From Lama glama (lineage: Eukaryota), in the NCBI GenBank assembly GCA_028534125.1, contig CM052816.1, positions 71,426,001 to 71,490,000 of the forward strand: a stretch of DNA of 64,000 bases, read 5' to 3'. Under the pieces are notes generated by a model, which saw only the letters and a list, made by a program, of their open reading frames with translations, did no database searches and had not been told where the DNA came from. Positions 38,740 to 52,020 of this stretch are shown in pieces (position 1 is the first letter of the stretch; the number at the start of each line of letters is the position of its first letter). Both the position numbers and the translations under genes were made by a program.

Positions 38740-38975
38740 TCATCATCATCTTCATTGCCATCTTCATTGAGCATGAAAAGCCAGGCAATATCCGATGTAC
38801 TATATGTGAATTATGGCATATAATTCAATCTTTACAATAACCCAGTGCTATAAATTTTATTTTTATCCCCATTATTAGAGATGACACAGTTGAGATTAAG
38901 AGTGGTTATTTGCCCAGAATTGCTTGGAAATTCACAAGGCCAAGAATTAAACAAAGTTATAATTGACTGCAGAGG
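38740..38975 (-). mobile_element. MIR fragment
   Basis: cattgagcatg...gccaggca...aatctttacaataaccc...ttatccccattattagagatgac...ttgcccaga. Confidence 0.7.
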
Positions 38976-41049
38976 TTAAATAGGTATCAATTACCCCATT
39001 GATTAACTGAGGAAGATCTCAAGGAGCTGCGAGATTACTGTAATTGTTTTGATTTTTCAAATCAAATTTGTTCATTAAAACAGTACCAAAATAAGAACGT
39101 GCAAGCTCTTGATATTTTGCCAACACACTCTTGCCAGAATGATCTAACTCCCAGATCCGTGTGCGCTTTGAGTGTTGGTAAGCAGTCCCCGCAGGTTTAG
39201 AAGATGCAGGGGCCCTCAAGAATGGTCATTCACAAGGTTGCCTAAATATTGACGAGTAATAAGACAAACTGATTTTTTGGGATAGTTTTTAACCCCAAAC
39301 CCTGAGAGATAAACTTTAAAACAGAAAAAGAGTGACAGAACAGCCTGTGACAAGATAAATTAATTGAAGGATTTACCATATTCCCTGCGTGCGCTAAGTC
39401 GATTAAAAAGTGGCCCTGGTCAGACAGAATGCTAGGCAACACATCGGGCAGAGCAGATACAACAGGAAGCTTGTGATAGCTTTAGGTGAGAAAGAAACAG
39501 ATCCTTTGCCAAAGCAAACTTCTGCCAATGTTACTTCCACACAGAATGGATTGGCAGTCAGCCTGCAGTGTGCTGTTCGGGGCCAGACTCCCGTGAGGGG
39601 ACAGTACGGAACTGCTACTTGAATGCTCAGAAAGTAGCAAAAGCGAGCCTGGTTCTTTGTTGCTATAACTGACTAGCAAAATATTTTTATTTTCTGCACA
39701 AGGCTTGGAAGGGTGCTTCGGACAGCTGTGCCAAGACATTTGCACCTGAACAAAAAAGAAACCGATCCCCAGGAGACAAAGGGAGCTGAAGTGAATCAAA
39801 ATGTACTTTCTGTTTAATGGCAATCTGGTGAAAATGTCTATGTTTCTGAGACAGGGCCAACTAAAAAGCTTAGAAACTAGCTGTGCCCAGAAGGAGACAC
39901 CTGAAGCCTAACAGGCAAAATAGGAAGTGGAACAATCTGTGAATAAAGGTTTTTCTTTCCCACTTAAAGGTAGATTCGCAAATATTTGTATTTGCCGTGA
40001 AAAAAAAAATGCATTCATTGAATGGTATTTCGAAACATACTGGATAGAATGACAATTTAAAAAGCCATTTACGCCCTGTCCGTCAACAGAACAGTTCTTT
40101 TTACAGCAAGAACCACAAATCTTGAATGAGTTTGAATTTGAGAAAACAAGCAGAGAATAAAAATGAACATCTCCATTGGCAAAACCTAGTGTAGAATCTG
40201 CCAATGCTGGCAGCTCAGAGGTGTGTCTAACAGTGACTTCACTTGCCAAAGGCTTACTGAAATTAGGTGTGTGGACTTTTGACTCAAGGAACAACCAGAT
40301 GGGTCATGAACAGTCAGGAGAAGAGACAGAAATGGGGAGAAAAACATACAAGAATGGTGAAAATGAGCACTTTCTCCTGCATTTTCTATCAACTCTTTGT
40401 TTTTGTTAACTTGGGATCCCCTAGTTGGAAAAAGAAATAAGAAATGAGTTGAAAGAGCTCACTTTCCATCAATAACAGTAACAATAATTATTATCTTTAG
40501 ACTCCGATCTACTCCAGCCTCCACTGTTGGAGGGATGTGGGACAGAACACTGCTCGTGAGAATGGTGACTGCATGACATTCTGAGATCTTGAAGGAGAGT
40601 TAGGTTGCTAGAAAGATGATGCAATGTCAGTGACCCAAGGTGGAACAACTTTAATAGGTATTTTTCTGAAATGGAAATCCTGTAAACCAGGATTATGTGG
40701 ATAATTTCCAGTGCTACTTAGGTTTTTACAACCTGCATTGACATTTTCTAGTTACTTGTATTTTGCAACCCTGTTGAGAACCTGAGGTGATTTGTTTTTC
40801 AAAAACTAAATCCATACATTTTAAAACAACTCTGAGTTCATTAGTTTTTTTCCCAACAATTAAAATACATTATTTATTTGGTGAACATAACCCTATGTCT
40901 CCTTTTTATTGGAATATCTCAATTGGAGAACCCAAACTTAAGCCAGTCTTCTGTACATATCGGACAGGTAATCACCTAAAGGGTATGATTTGAGGAATGC
41001 CAGGAGACTCCCCAAATAAAAATGTTGCCTTCTGTATTGCCTCAGTGTC

Positions 41050-41530
41050 CACTACTTGGTGACTCCACGACTTACACAGTTCCACCTCCAAGTGTCCTTC
41101 TTTGCAAGGCAAAAACTGTTCCTGAGATAGGTAAAGCCCTGGCACAAAGAGGTTATCTAGTGATTTTCCTCCTTCCCTGGTCAATGCAGAAAGAGAAGGC
41201 CCTTCTCCCATTAGTCTAACAGGCAAACTCATTTTTGACTTTCAAAATCCAGTTCAATTGTACGACTTCAGCACTTCCATCTCGAGGACAATCAATTGCT
41301 CCTTTTTCTTGGCCCCCACAGACTTTACACTCAACATTCTCACAGCATGCATCACTGTGTTTTAGACTTTGTTGTTTATTGGTGTATGTTATTCCTATTG
41401 GATTATGACCTCCCATAGGCCAGTGAGAAATACTAGGTCTGATTCTTATTTGTCTTTATATCTTCAGAATCTATTGTTGCACTTTAATACGTAGCAGATG
41501 TACAAAACTGTTTCTAAAGAGAATTAATGA
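41050..41530 (+). mobile_element. L2 3' fragment
   Basis: actcatttttgactttcaaaatccagttcaa...tcttatttgtctttatatcttcagaatcta...gtagcagatgtacaaaactgttt. Confidence 0.55.
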
Positions 41531-43614
41531 TGTAAGGAATGCCGAAAACAGGTAATTCCTACTTTGCTATCTTGTCTAGGGTATAATATAGGCTTGCATC
41601 TAACTATGTGTAAATTCAGTCAAAATGGTTGACTTGTTTATTCCATGCATAATTATTGAGCAAAATTCGAGAAAACACATAATCAGAATATAATTGTGTA
41701 TCAAAAGGGAAGGGATGCAATTAATCTACCTGGGATGTTCCCATTAAGGCACTGCATTATCCATAGAGAATCTTAAAACAATAATGAACCATCTAAATAC
41801 ATGTCTTTATTCTATTAGCACCATGTGCTGGTAATTCTAAACAAGTTCAGTGATAAAATATTCCTTCCCACCAAGGGGGGCTATACCCGTGACCCCTCCT
41901 CTGCCACAGTGATGCACCAAGTGATTTTACATTTATTCTCATTTTCCAAAGCAGGCTCTAACTTCTCAAGTTCATCCCAGTGTAGAAGTCACAGATCAGG
42001 CTTTTAGGTATTTTATTGGCTTTTCTGGTCCACTGTATATAAAATATGGGTGGGAAATCATTTGAATCGCTACTCTTGGTCTTTAATGTGGCTCCATTTT
42101 CTACTATAAATTATAATTCACTAATTATACAATTAATTAGAAAATATAAGTTAAATTAGTTCTCATTTGGTCCCATTAAATTCACCATCAGCAGGGGTTA
42201 GGAGTCCAACATTTCTTCAATGATATTTTTCATATAAAATATTTCTTAATTTTTAAAATTTTGCAGTGAAACTGTGTCTTATTTATACAGGCAGGACAAA
42301 TCTATCAATTGACAGAAGTAAGTACAGGAAATGCTTGTCATTAGTAGCTTCCCAGCCGTCCCAACTTGTGTAGTCACTCCACTAATGGTGACACCATGTA
42401 AGAAAACATGCTAAATATTCTGGAGGACCCACATATACCTGTTGCTTAAAGAGACAGAAACAGTGTCTCTTTACCTTCCAGAAAGGTACACCTTGGCAGT
42501 ACAGATGGAGAACATGTATCAGATAACTTCAAGACAAAATTGAAATAAAAGGAATATGTGTGGCTCATAAGAATTGCCAAACAGAAGACATACAGGCAAT
42601 TGGTTGCCAGCTATGTCAGTGTCATGAGATGATTTTGGCATCTTCACTGATAGGAACCTTATGGTTTAGAGACCTTCTCTTTCTTTGCAAGCCCTTCATG
42701 TATCTTTCTTTCAAAAAGTAGTTCACACACTGTGGCAGGTTAATATTTTGATGTATTAGTCAACAGGACTTTCCCCTGTAATTATGTATACCCCGTGACC
42801 TTTCCCAGTGCTCACACTGTTAGGGTCTTCCAAGTTCATTTCTCAGGAAAAACATGTAATAGGAGAAATCCAAAGCCAACAGCAGAGTCAAATTACTGGC
42901 TTTGAGGAAGCCTAGATTTACAGATGGGAGTGAGAGGCATGAGTCCAGAAATGTCAGAGAAGTAAGAAATGGCAACCAGTTTGGTCTAGCTGGAATAGGA
43001 GACTCATTCTGGAATAATCGAAGCTGTACTTCGAATATACTGTGTATCAGTGTTTGAAGGCTGATGTAGGTAGATCTGGGTCTAGTGGGAAAGGAGAAAT
43101 AGCATCATATACAAAGGCAAGTGTGTTTATTTAAACAAATAAATTATCTAGTTCTGAAAAAGTCCAAGGGCAGCTGGAGTGCTCATTCTTGGCCAGCTCT
43201 CCCTCCCAAAACCTGGAACTGTTCTATCACTTACGTAACTGTGATCGATTGCTGGAGTGTGGAGGAAAGATCAGGTATGTCTGAAATAAGGTCCTGTTGA
43301 CTGCCGAGGTTTATACCTGGGGGAAGGTCTGAGGATGGGCCCCTGGGAAAATTCCTTACATCTGTGATGGCAAACTACCTCTGCTGATTAAAGTACCATG
43401 GAGAAGAGCTCGTGATGGCTGAGGACAAGCCCTGCCTGTTTAAGCTGTGAGCTGAGAAGCCCTTGACCCAGATGCCCCAGTCTAGAGGTACCACTGGCCA
43501 CCAGTCCACTAGTGAAAGAAACCCACTTAATTATACACTGATTGCTAATCTGCTGTTCTCTAAGGAACCACAACAGCTTGAAAAGAGCAGCTCTCAAGTC
43601 AAGAGGCACTAGAA

Positions 43615-43815
43615 CAATGTGGTCAACTCTGGGCTTCTGGAGTCTGATTGCCCAACTTGGAATGCTAGTTCTTCTCTAGCATCATAGCAGTGTGGTCATA
43701 AGCAAGTTAACTAACCTCTCTGTGTCTCAGTTTTCTCATCTGTAAAACTGTGTAGTGTCATTGTGAGAATCAGAAATGTGAGCACATGGAAAGTACTGAG
43801 GGCTTTTGGACAAGT
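43615..43815 (+). mobile_element. MIR SINE
   Basis: gggcttctggagtctga...gcaagttaactaacctctctgtgtctcagttttctcatctgtaaaa. Confidence 0.85.
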
Positions 43816-43894
43816 GAGTGAAAGCTCCTGTTGTGAAAGTTATCCTTTTGCAGCCCTTGGCTGATTGAATCAGTGATGGACTGTCACAGGCCCT

Positions 43895-44190
43895 TTTACT
43901 AGGCTGAATAATGCCCCTCAAACATGTTCTTGTCATTATCTTCAGAATCTGTGGATGTTACCCGTGAATGAGACGTTGCAGGTGTGATTAAATAAGAATC
44001 TTGAAATGGAAAGATCAACCTAGATCGACTGGGTGGGCAATATAATCACAGTGGGGAGGGGACACAGAAGTCAGAGACACAGGCGTAGACAACGGGATGA
44101 CAGGGCAGCGACTGGAGTTCTCCCATTGAAGACCGAGGAATGGCCCTCAAGCCAAAGGACAGAGGCAGCCATGGAAGCTGGAAAAGTCAA
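43895..44190 (+). mobile_element. MLT1D-like MaLR LTR, 5' part only
   Basis: aggctgaataatgcccctcaaa...tgcaggtgtgattaa...aatcttgaaatgg...caagccaaagg...ggaagctggaaaag; breaks off next to a MIR. Confidence 0.8.
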
Positions 44191-44209
44191 AATTATAAAA
44201 GTTAACCTC

Positions 44210-44385
44210 TTAATGCCCTGAATCCTCTAATAAAGATTGGCAAGTTATTTCTACCCCCATTTTATAGGAGAGATAATGAATTTAGACAAAATTTGTTAAC
44301 TTGTCCAAGATTAAGTGTCTACTGTTAGGGGAATGGGAACCACTTTGAAACTGCCTGAATCCAAACAGAACTCTTCATGATTCCA
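44210..44385 (-). mobile_element. MIR fragment
   Basis: cccccattttataggagagataatga...taacttgtccaagatta. Confidence 0.65.
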
Positions 44386-44574
44386 AGGTGTTCCTGTGGA
44401 AACATCTATCTCAAGGTCCCATTTTTAAGGAAAATCGATTATTTTGTTACCTACCTACCTGTACATGGACAACTTTTCACTCACTGCCAAATTCTAGCTT
44501 ATTCACCGAAGTAGGGGAAAAAGAGTAACTAGAGAAAGCCACTTGCTCCAGACATCCACAGCTACAGTCAGCAG

Positions 44575-44790
44575 CTATGACGATCAGGAGCTGTAGTCAA
44601 GAAATCTGAAGACAGAAGAGATTTGATTCTTCAATTGGTCACATCTCTGCTATGAAACCAACAATTCTCTTACTTTCTCTTAGTTTTAACTTCCCCATTG
44701 GTAAAATAATTACCTTACAAGATTTGGGGTAAGAGTAAATGATACCATCCTTAATAAAACTGTTTAAGTGCCAAGCGCATAATTCCAATT
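44575..44790 (+). mobile_element. MIR fragment
   Basis: ttttaacttccccattggtaaaataattaccttacaagatttggggtaagagtaaatga. Confidence 0.55.
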
Positions 44791-47700
44791 GTGTCTAATC
44801 TTTATTAAGAGTTTATTCTATGCCTGAAACTTTTCCAACTACATGACACGGTTTATCTCATTTCACTTCCACATTATTTCTCCCCTGACTTCCGTAACTT
44901 TTTTTTTCCTCTTTTCTCTTCCTTTCGCTTCCTTGTATTTCACTCTCCTCTTGTTTCTCTATACCTCGTCTTTCTCTATTCCTACAAGTTCTTTTATAAT
45001 ATCTAAGTTTGAGAGCCACTGAGTTAAATTTTTTTTAATTTAATAATGCTGTTGAGAAACTGTTCACTGAATCCAGGGATGGAGACCTCTCCAATAAAGA
45101 TTTTCTGCAGCGTGGTAGTATGTGTGCTCTTGTGTAGCCCCAAATGCCCACTAACAGCACAATTACATGCTGTTGACATAAGACTTGGTACAGAACTTGG
45201 AAGAACTCTCACCTATATTCCTGTGTGATGTCATTTCGCCAGTTTTTTTTCTTGTGTAAAGAAAAGATACATAAAGTCATTTTAGAGTGTAAAGAGTGTA
45301 AAATGACATCATATTTTCAGGGAACCGAATAGGGAAACTCATGCTTCTAAGGGCAAGACGGAGCTACGTGGACCTGCGAATGGCTGTTTTCCTCAAAACC
45401 TGAGAATTCCCCAAATCTTCTAAAGATTTTAATAAAGGGACAATTTGCAATAATAGGATATTTTTGTACCAGTACCTATTTTCATTCAGGAAAAAATTGA
45501 CCTGTCGTACCATTTTTTATTCAGATAGCCTGTCATGTCTCTTGGTGATGCAGCGAGCAATATGCAAAGATGACTGAACAAGACATTTAGTTCAGTCCCT
45601 TTACCTGTAGGAACATGTCTGAAAACATCACTTTTGACCAAAAAAAATCACTTAACCTGAAGCATTTAGTGGAAATAGAAATCAAGTGGTTAACTGATGT
45701 GTCTGTGAGACCACCCACAACTTTTTTCTCTGATTGTTTTGTAGACAAAGTGGTAGTGACCACCATAGAAGATGAATCTTCCAAGAGGTAGTATAAGTAA
45801 TCAAGTTAACAAAATTTAGTCAAATGGCATTAATAGGAAATATATGGATTTTTTTTTCAAAGTCACTAGCAAAAGGTATGCAAATTATCTAATTCTTTTC
45901 CTATCGCAAAGTTGACTATTATACCAGGTGCTAAGAACAAAGTAAATGATCAAAGAATTGGTCAATCTGTGAGCAAGAAAGAAAAATTTAAGTCAATTAA
46001 GCAGAAAATATAGAAATAGGTTTTGTCTTCCTATGTCAGTGTCTAAACGACTGTTCAGTTCATAACGATAGGGACCTTTTTAAAAGCAAAGCTTCAGAGG
46101 TATATCAGAACAAAAAGAGTGAAGCAAGTTTAAAAAATGGGTAAATCATAATCATATGTGTAGGTGTTTTCAGGTATAAGAGATAAACTATATTGTAATT
46201 TAAGTTATTTATGATTTGCACACAATGGTTTCTGTGTGATGAGAAATAAACAGCCAAATGAATATTTGTTTTAATGAACTCATTTATCCACCGTGAAACT
46301 ACAATCCTCTAAAAGGTGTGAAAAGCGGAATTGGAAAACATGCAAAACAGATTTTTTTTTAACTTTCGAAAAGATACACATGTAAAGAAAATATAAATTA
46401 GACTTCCTTTGGACTGCAAATGGCTAAGACTTAAAAAAAAAATACAAAAGAGGCTGAGTAGGTGCAAAGTGATTTTCTTTCCTCCTAAAGCAGATTAACT
46501 AGTTGGGTATTTCTTTGAATAGCTTAAAAGGTTCAAGTTATATCTGGCAGAGTGAATAGGTAATGATATATGCCTCATTCCCCAAAGAAACAAATGTTTT
46601 GTTTCCCAACTCTAATTCTGTATTTTGTAGTAAGCTAGAGTGATATAATATACACTAGTATTATTGTAAAACAAGAGTTTATTACTTGGCTAAGTAAGTT
46701 GATCTTTGGAAAAGTGTACAAGTGCTTTGAAATAAAATAAAAACTACTTGATCCAATCTTCTCTCATACAATTTCTTTCAAGGAGAACAGACACAGCCTG
46801 TTAAAAATAACAAAGAATGTAGAGTTTCCATTCATGGACAAAGTGTCCTCATTCAAACTCCCACTCTAAAGCTACCTTGCCCCTCTTCTCAACTTTCTTT
46901 GCAGTAGGGAAATGCGATTCCATGAAACCTCCGGGATTTTGTTTTATGTTAACTGGCAAAGCTTTTCACGTCTCACAGAACTGGTGACACCTAAATGACA
47001 CTCACTTTGGATTGTCCTGTTGTGTGGAAAAGGCAGATAAAGGGAGGCGGAGAAACCTAAAGCAGGCGGGCAAGAGCAACGTGGCAGTCACACATGCTCC
47101 TGAGATCGGGGCCAAACTTAGGATCGTTTGGGAGATAAAACAATTGCTTCAGTGAAATGATTTCACAAGAAGTGTTAAGTTACAAATCCAGTCCTGAGAA
47201 TTCTCCAAAATCTGGCAGCCCTAGACTGACGCCTTGAAAAGGAAAAAGTTGAATCTTCTGACTCTTTAGCCAGGCTATGAACAGAGAGCCTTAGCATAAT
47301 TTCCATGCAACTAGGAGACCACGTATGGCTTGCGAAGGGACTCAGGAATAGTGTCTGCATTTTACACAAGGTGAGTACTTGTGTAAAATGCCAAAGGTTC
47401 CAGCTGTACTGGGGATAAGATCGAGTATTTTGGAATGGAATTCTATTTGGCCATGTGTCTGTGTTACGCTAGAATTCAGCTAAGTATGTTTACTTGGTGG
47501 TATTTATTTATTTAGATTCTTGGTAAGAAGTCATGAATGATGCATGTTTTCTAATTTTAGTGATTTACAGCAATATATTTCAGACTGATTTGATCAAAAT
47601 ATTCCTATGCCTTCCGGCTTTCTGACTTTCTAGCAATATGTCTTTAATGTATTCGTTCCTGAAAGACTTTTTTTTTAAAGTGTGTTCAAATAAAAAATCA

Positions 47701-49719
47701 TAAAAGGTTGAGATGTGATTTCCACAAGATTACAAAATGTAAAACAAATGTCAAAGTGAATTTTTGCAATTCCTTTTGATTACAGCATGTTGAGATTCTA
47801 GAGCATTTTAGGAAATTCTTAAACCAGCAATTTTTTTTTTAAAACTAAACATAACCTCCGTTGAACCTAACCACATTTCTTTCCCCTCCTGTCAGTCAAT
47901 TCCTTGTACTTCTTTTGAATCACTATTTGTAAGACAGGCCCCTAGGGCAGAAAGCATTTGCTGGGCTGGCTCCCATTATAAAAAAGACTTTTCTGAGGGC
48001 TGGGATCGTCTTCAGCATGAAGAAAGCAAGGCTTCTTCTAGGAGGTCTATTTCATCAGCCTCCTTGTTCCGACTGTCAATGTGAGTAGCTCACGGCTTCA
48101 GAGAAAAAGAATGAAATCAAGTGTGAACCAAGGGGACACACCAGAGCTTTTATAGTCAATGAGAATGTTTCTTTCCTTCTCTGCAAGTTCGGTACTGGCT
48201 AGAATTACTAATGGGACTGATCACTACCAAAACATATCTGTATCACTGGCTGTTTTTTTCTTTCTTTTTTTTTTCCAGTTCTGAACACAATTGTATGCGA
48301 CTACAACAATAAAATGCCTCCTTTCAGCTAATGAGTTCAAAACTGGATCTAATCTTAGTCGTTACATGAGTAAAGCAACCCAGCTCAGGCTTATTTCCAA
48401 CTAAGAGAGTGTTTCAGAGTAGTATCACAAAGGGAGAGCCAGGTGGGAATAAAATGCATGGCTACCGAATCCCTTTTCAGTATTCCAACTAATAGAAAGG
48501 CCTGGCTCCAGCCAGTTCCACTCAATCGGCTGCTGATTTGACATCATGATTATATACATAAAGTTATAACTTTCTGTTTCTCAAACACCATAGATTCCAT
48601 GAGGATTGTAATTTTGAACTTCATCTATTTGTGCCAAATTGCCTGAAAATAATAATTAGAGATAATTTAACATAATGAGTACAGTCGTTTCAGATGAATT
48701 ACCCTTCCAGAACATTAATAGTATTCATTAAACAGAAGGGATAAAATTCCAAGGTCATATCTATTATGGCTTTATTTTTAGAAATCATCTTCAATTTTTT
48801 TCTTCTTAATTCATAAGACAAGAATTTAGACAGAATGAAGAGATATTTAGCTAGTAAAATGACTGCATTAGAATGCCATTTTTAATTGAAATTCCACTTA
48901 AATTCACCAAAAATCACATTCTGATTATGTCCCTAATTTTTTTGTTTTTTGGTTTTTTTGCATTGCTGAGTTTAAAACCTCTTTAACATCTAAGCAATAA
49001 AAGATTATTTAAGCTTGAATTTTTCCAGTTTTCTAGTTTCATTATCCTGAATGAATGGATATAAAAGTAAATACATAAAGAAAAGCACACTGAATTCTCC
49101 ATTGAGAAGTCTAACTAGAACATTTTTGGGAAATTAATGAGTAGTAAAATTTAAACAGAATAAATGTCCTTAGGCATCCATGAAATTAATTTATTCTTTT
49201 TTTTTCCCACTGTAATTGTTGAATCTTAAGGATTTACCAAAGTTAATCAAGGGCAGGATATGACCTTGATGACTGGACTGAAATATGATTTTTACAGAAA
49301 AATCTGTGAATTGTATCTCTTCTGATCTGAAGTCAATCTGTGTTGACACAACACAAAGAGACAGTATATATTATAAATGTAATATGTTCGGCGCTAGGGA
49401 AGCTTAGAATATTCGGTGCTCAAGCAGGACTGGTGATTCATGCTTTTCTTAATGGAAAACCTCATAAATCCATGCGATTCCCTTTCTCACATTCCAAGTT
49501 CACTGTGTAGACTTCTAAGGGCCAATTCAATTTCTGTCGCTAACAAACAAGGAATGTCTTGGGAGACCGTCACCAGTAGTCTTCAGCTTTAGTTTTCAGC
49601 TCATTCTTATCATTGAGTTAATCTCTACCAGAACAGCCTTAGCAACTCAGACTGAAGGGTTAAAATCAAAGTTTTACTTTTGCAAACTTGGACCATCTTA
49701 TTTCTGTCAAAATATCTCC

Positions 49720-50770
49720 TTGCTTTCAGTCTGAATGTATGTATTTGCTTAAGTAATAGGCATCACAAACTAATATGGCAAAAATAGACTTTTGACTTTG
49801 AACTCCAAATCTCTCTCTCCATGAAAATAAATGGTACAGCCATACAGCCAACTGTTTAACAACAAACAAACAAATACCAAAACTCATCCTAATTCCTCTC
49901 TTTTTCTCACTCTCAATATAAAATCAAGCAGTCCTGAGTGATTCACCTTGAAAATAAACCCATTTCTGTCTATTTACCATTTCTATTGGTACCTTCGTAG
50001 TTGGCCACCATCATCTGTTGCCTGGACTCCCTCCCAGAAGGAAACTAGTCTCCCGAGTTCCCTTCTGGTCCTCCACTCTATATACTGTATGGATTGTTTT
50101 TTTAATATAACACAAGTTATATGGTGTCTTCCTTCTATTCAAAAAATTTCCAAAAAAATAAAAATTTAAAAATTTAAAATAAATAAATATCCAGTAGCTT
50201 CCTGTCATTCCCAATAAAAGCAGAAGTCCTACAAAGCCTTATATGATCTGCCACCAGCTCCAGCTCTGACTCAGATCTCATGACTCTCCCACTAGTTCAT
50301 GCTCCACGAATACTGGCCTCCTTGCTCTTCCTCTAGGAACGCAACCACATGTGCCCTTCAAGACTTCCATCATCACCGTGTCGTCAGTCAAAAGTGTTCC
50401 TCCTCCGGAAAGCTGCATCTTCCCCCTTCAGTCTCTTCAGGTCTTTACTCAAACCTTCACCTCCTCAGAGAGCCCTTCGCCTCCTCAGAGAGCCTTGTGC
50501 AATCACTCCAAGTAAAGCAGCAACTTCCCTCCCCCACTGCTATCTATTCCTTCGCCCTGACTTGTTTTTCCTCAGAGCATTTATCACTGCCTGAAATAAT
50601 AAATAAGTATTTATTTGCTTGTTTTTGACCTGTCTCCTCCACTAGACTGTAAGGACAATGTGAGCAAGCACTTAGCCTGCTGTGCTGAACCCTCTATCCC
50701 CACAGTTACAACAGCACCAGGGATAAAGTTAGATGATATAAATTAAATGTTGAATGAACAAAAGGATGGA
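49720..50770 (+). mobile_element. L2a LINE 3' region
   Basis: ataggcatcacaaactaatatg, ccaccatcatctgttgcctggac, ctacaaagccttatatgatctg, gtctcctccactagactgtaag, terminus aaatgttgaatgaa. Confidence 0.85.
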
Positions 50771-51299
50771 TTGTTCAAGTGGACTCAGTGAGTCTCGCCT
50801 GGGCGTAAGAAATATGTTTCTAATCTGATGGTATCACTTGGCCTCCAGAGGTTTGTGTTTTTTTGTTTTGGGGTTTTTTTTAATTGTTGTTTTTACTTTC
50901 CTATATAGTTCATAATCAAATAGAACAATAGACCCTTATTTAGGTCTAATGCTTTGGTCAAGCCGGGCTGAGTGACTTGAGTGTCCCCCTACTCTTGATG
51001 AGGTTTCAATCCTCTGTGAGCCTCAGGAAGTCCACCACCTGCCTCCAGTGCCCTCCTCAATCTGGGCCTTCCTGACCAATGTCTCCCAAGTTATCTTTCA
51101 AAACCTAATTCAATAGACATCAAGTAAAATTGATGACTCCTCTCTTTGGCCTTATAACTTCTATAAATAGTGTTCTCATATCACTCAGAAAACTTACTGT
51201 TTTTGTTTGTTTACTAGTCCATCACTTTCTACTAGACTGTAGGTTTCTGGAGATCCAAATCTGTGTCTTAGTCATCTTTGTGCTCTCCAGATCAAGTCC

Positions 51300-52020
51300 T
51301 TCATTTATTCCACAAATAATCATTATGAAATATGTTCCAGGTGTGAGTTTGATGTGTTTAAGTGATAGAGAGAAAGCCAGTGTAACTAGAGAGGAGACAA
51401 CAAAGCGGAGGTGAGAGGAGATGGGACAGACCAGGAATCAGTCATATTGGGTGTTACAGGGAAAGATAAGAAGTTTGCATTTTATTATTCTATGTGCATT
51501 TTATTATTGCATTTATCCTAAACTTATGTTTATTCTAAGCATCGGAGGTTTCAGGAAGAGGGAGATATGAGCTGATTTTTTTTTTCTTAAGATAACTCTG
51601 GCTGCTGTGTGGAGAATAGGCTTTATAAAAAGAGCATGAAGTTAGGAGGTCTGTTAGGAAGTTCCTAAAGTTATGAAGCCAAGAGATACCAGTAGGTGGG
51701 ATTAGGGGAGCAGTAGAGGACATGAAGAGAAGCTGGAGCAGTTGGTTTTGGAACTAATGGGGCTAACTATATTAGACAAGGGAAAGAAAGGAATCCAGGA
51801 TCATTGCTGGGATTTTTGGCTTGAGTGACTGTATTGTGCTGTTGTTTACTGAGAGGAGGTGATGAGGGAGAGGGGCTGGGGCTGTGTGCATGGAATCAAG
51901 AGGTCTCTTTGTTTTGTTATGTTTTTTGCTGCATTTCATTTTAACTGCCTTCTAAACTTCTAAGGAAAACAGTCAGTTGGGAAGTTGGCTATTGAAATGT
52001 AAAGCTCAAGATTGATGATT
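51300..52020 (-). mobile_element. L2 LINE fragment (a short + strand L2 end lies at ~51050-51300)
   Basis: gccagtgtaactagagagg, aagataactctggctgctgtgtggagaatag, aaggaatccaggat...tttttggcttgag. Confidence 0.75.

Noticed and set aside
39482..40409. Several overlapping 60-128 aa ORFs
   Set aside because: No recognisable domain, non-ATG starts common, no convincing splice-site pair
42447..42473. 10-bp stem hairpin taaagagaca/tgtctcttta
   Set aside because: Short, with no associated signal; plausible by chance
45745..45787. Possible 43-nt exon (..KVVVTTIEDESSK..) after a good polypyrimidine acceptor
   Set aside because: Donor GTAGTA is weak, the length is not a multiple of 3, and the peptide is not recognised
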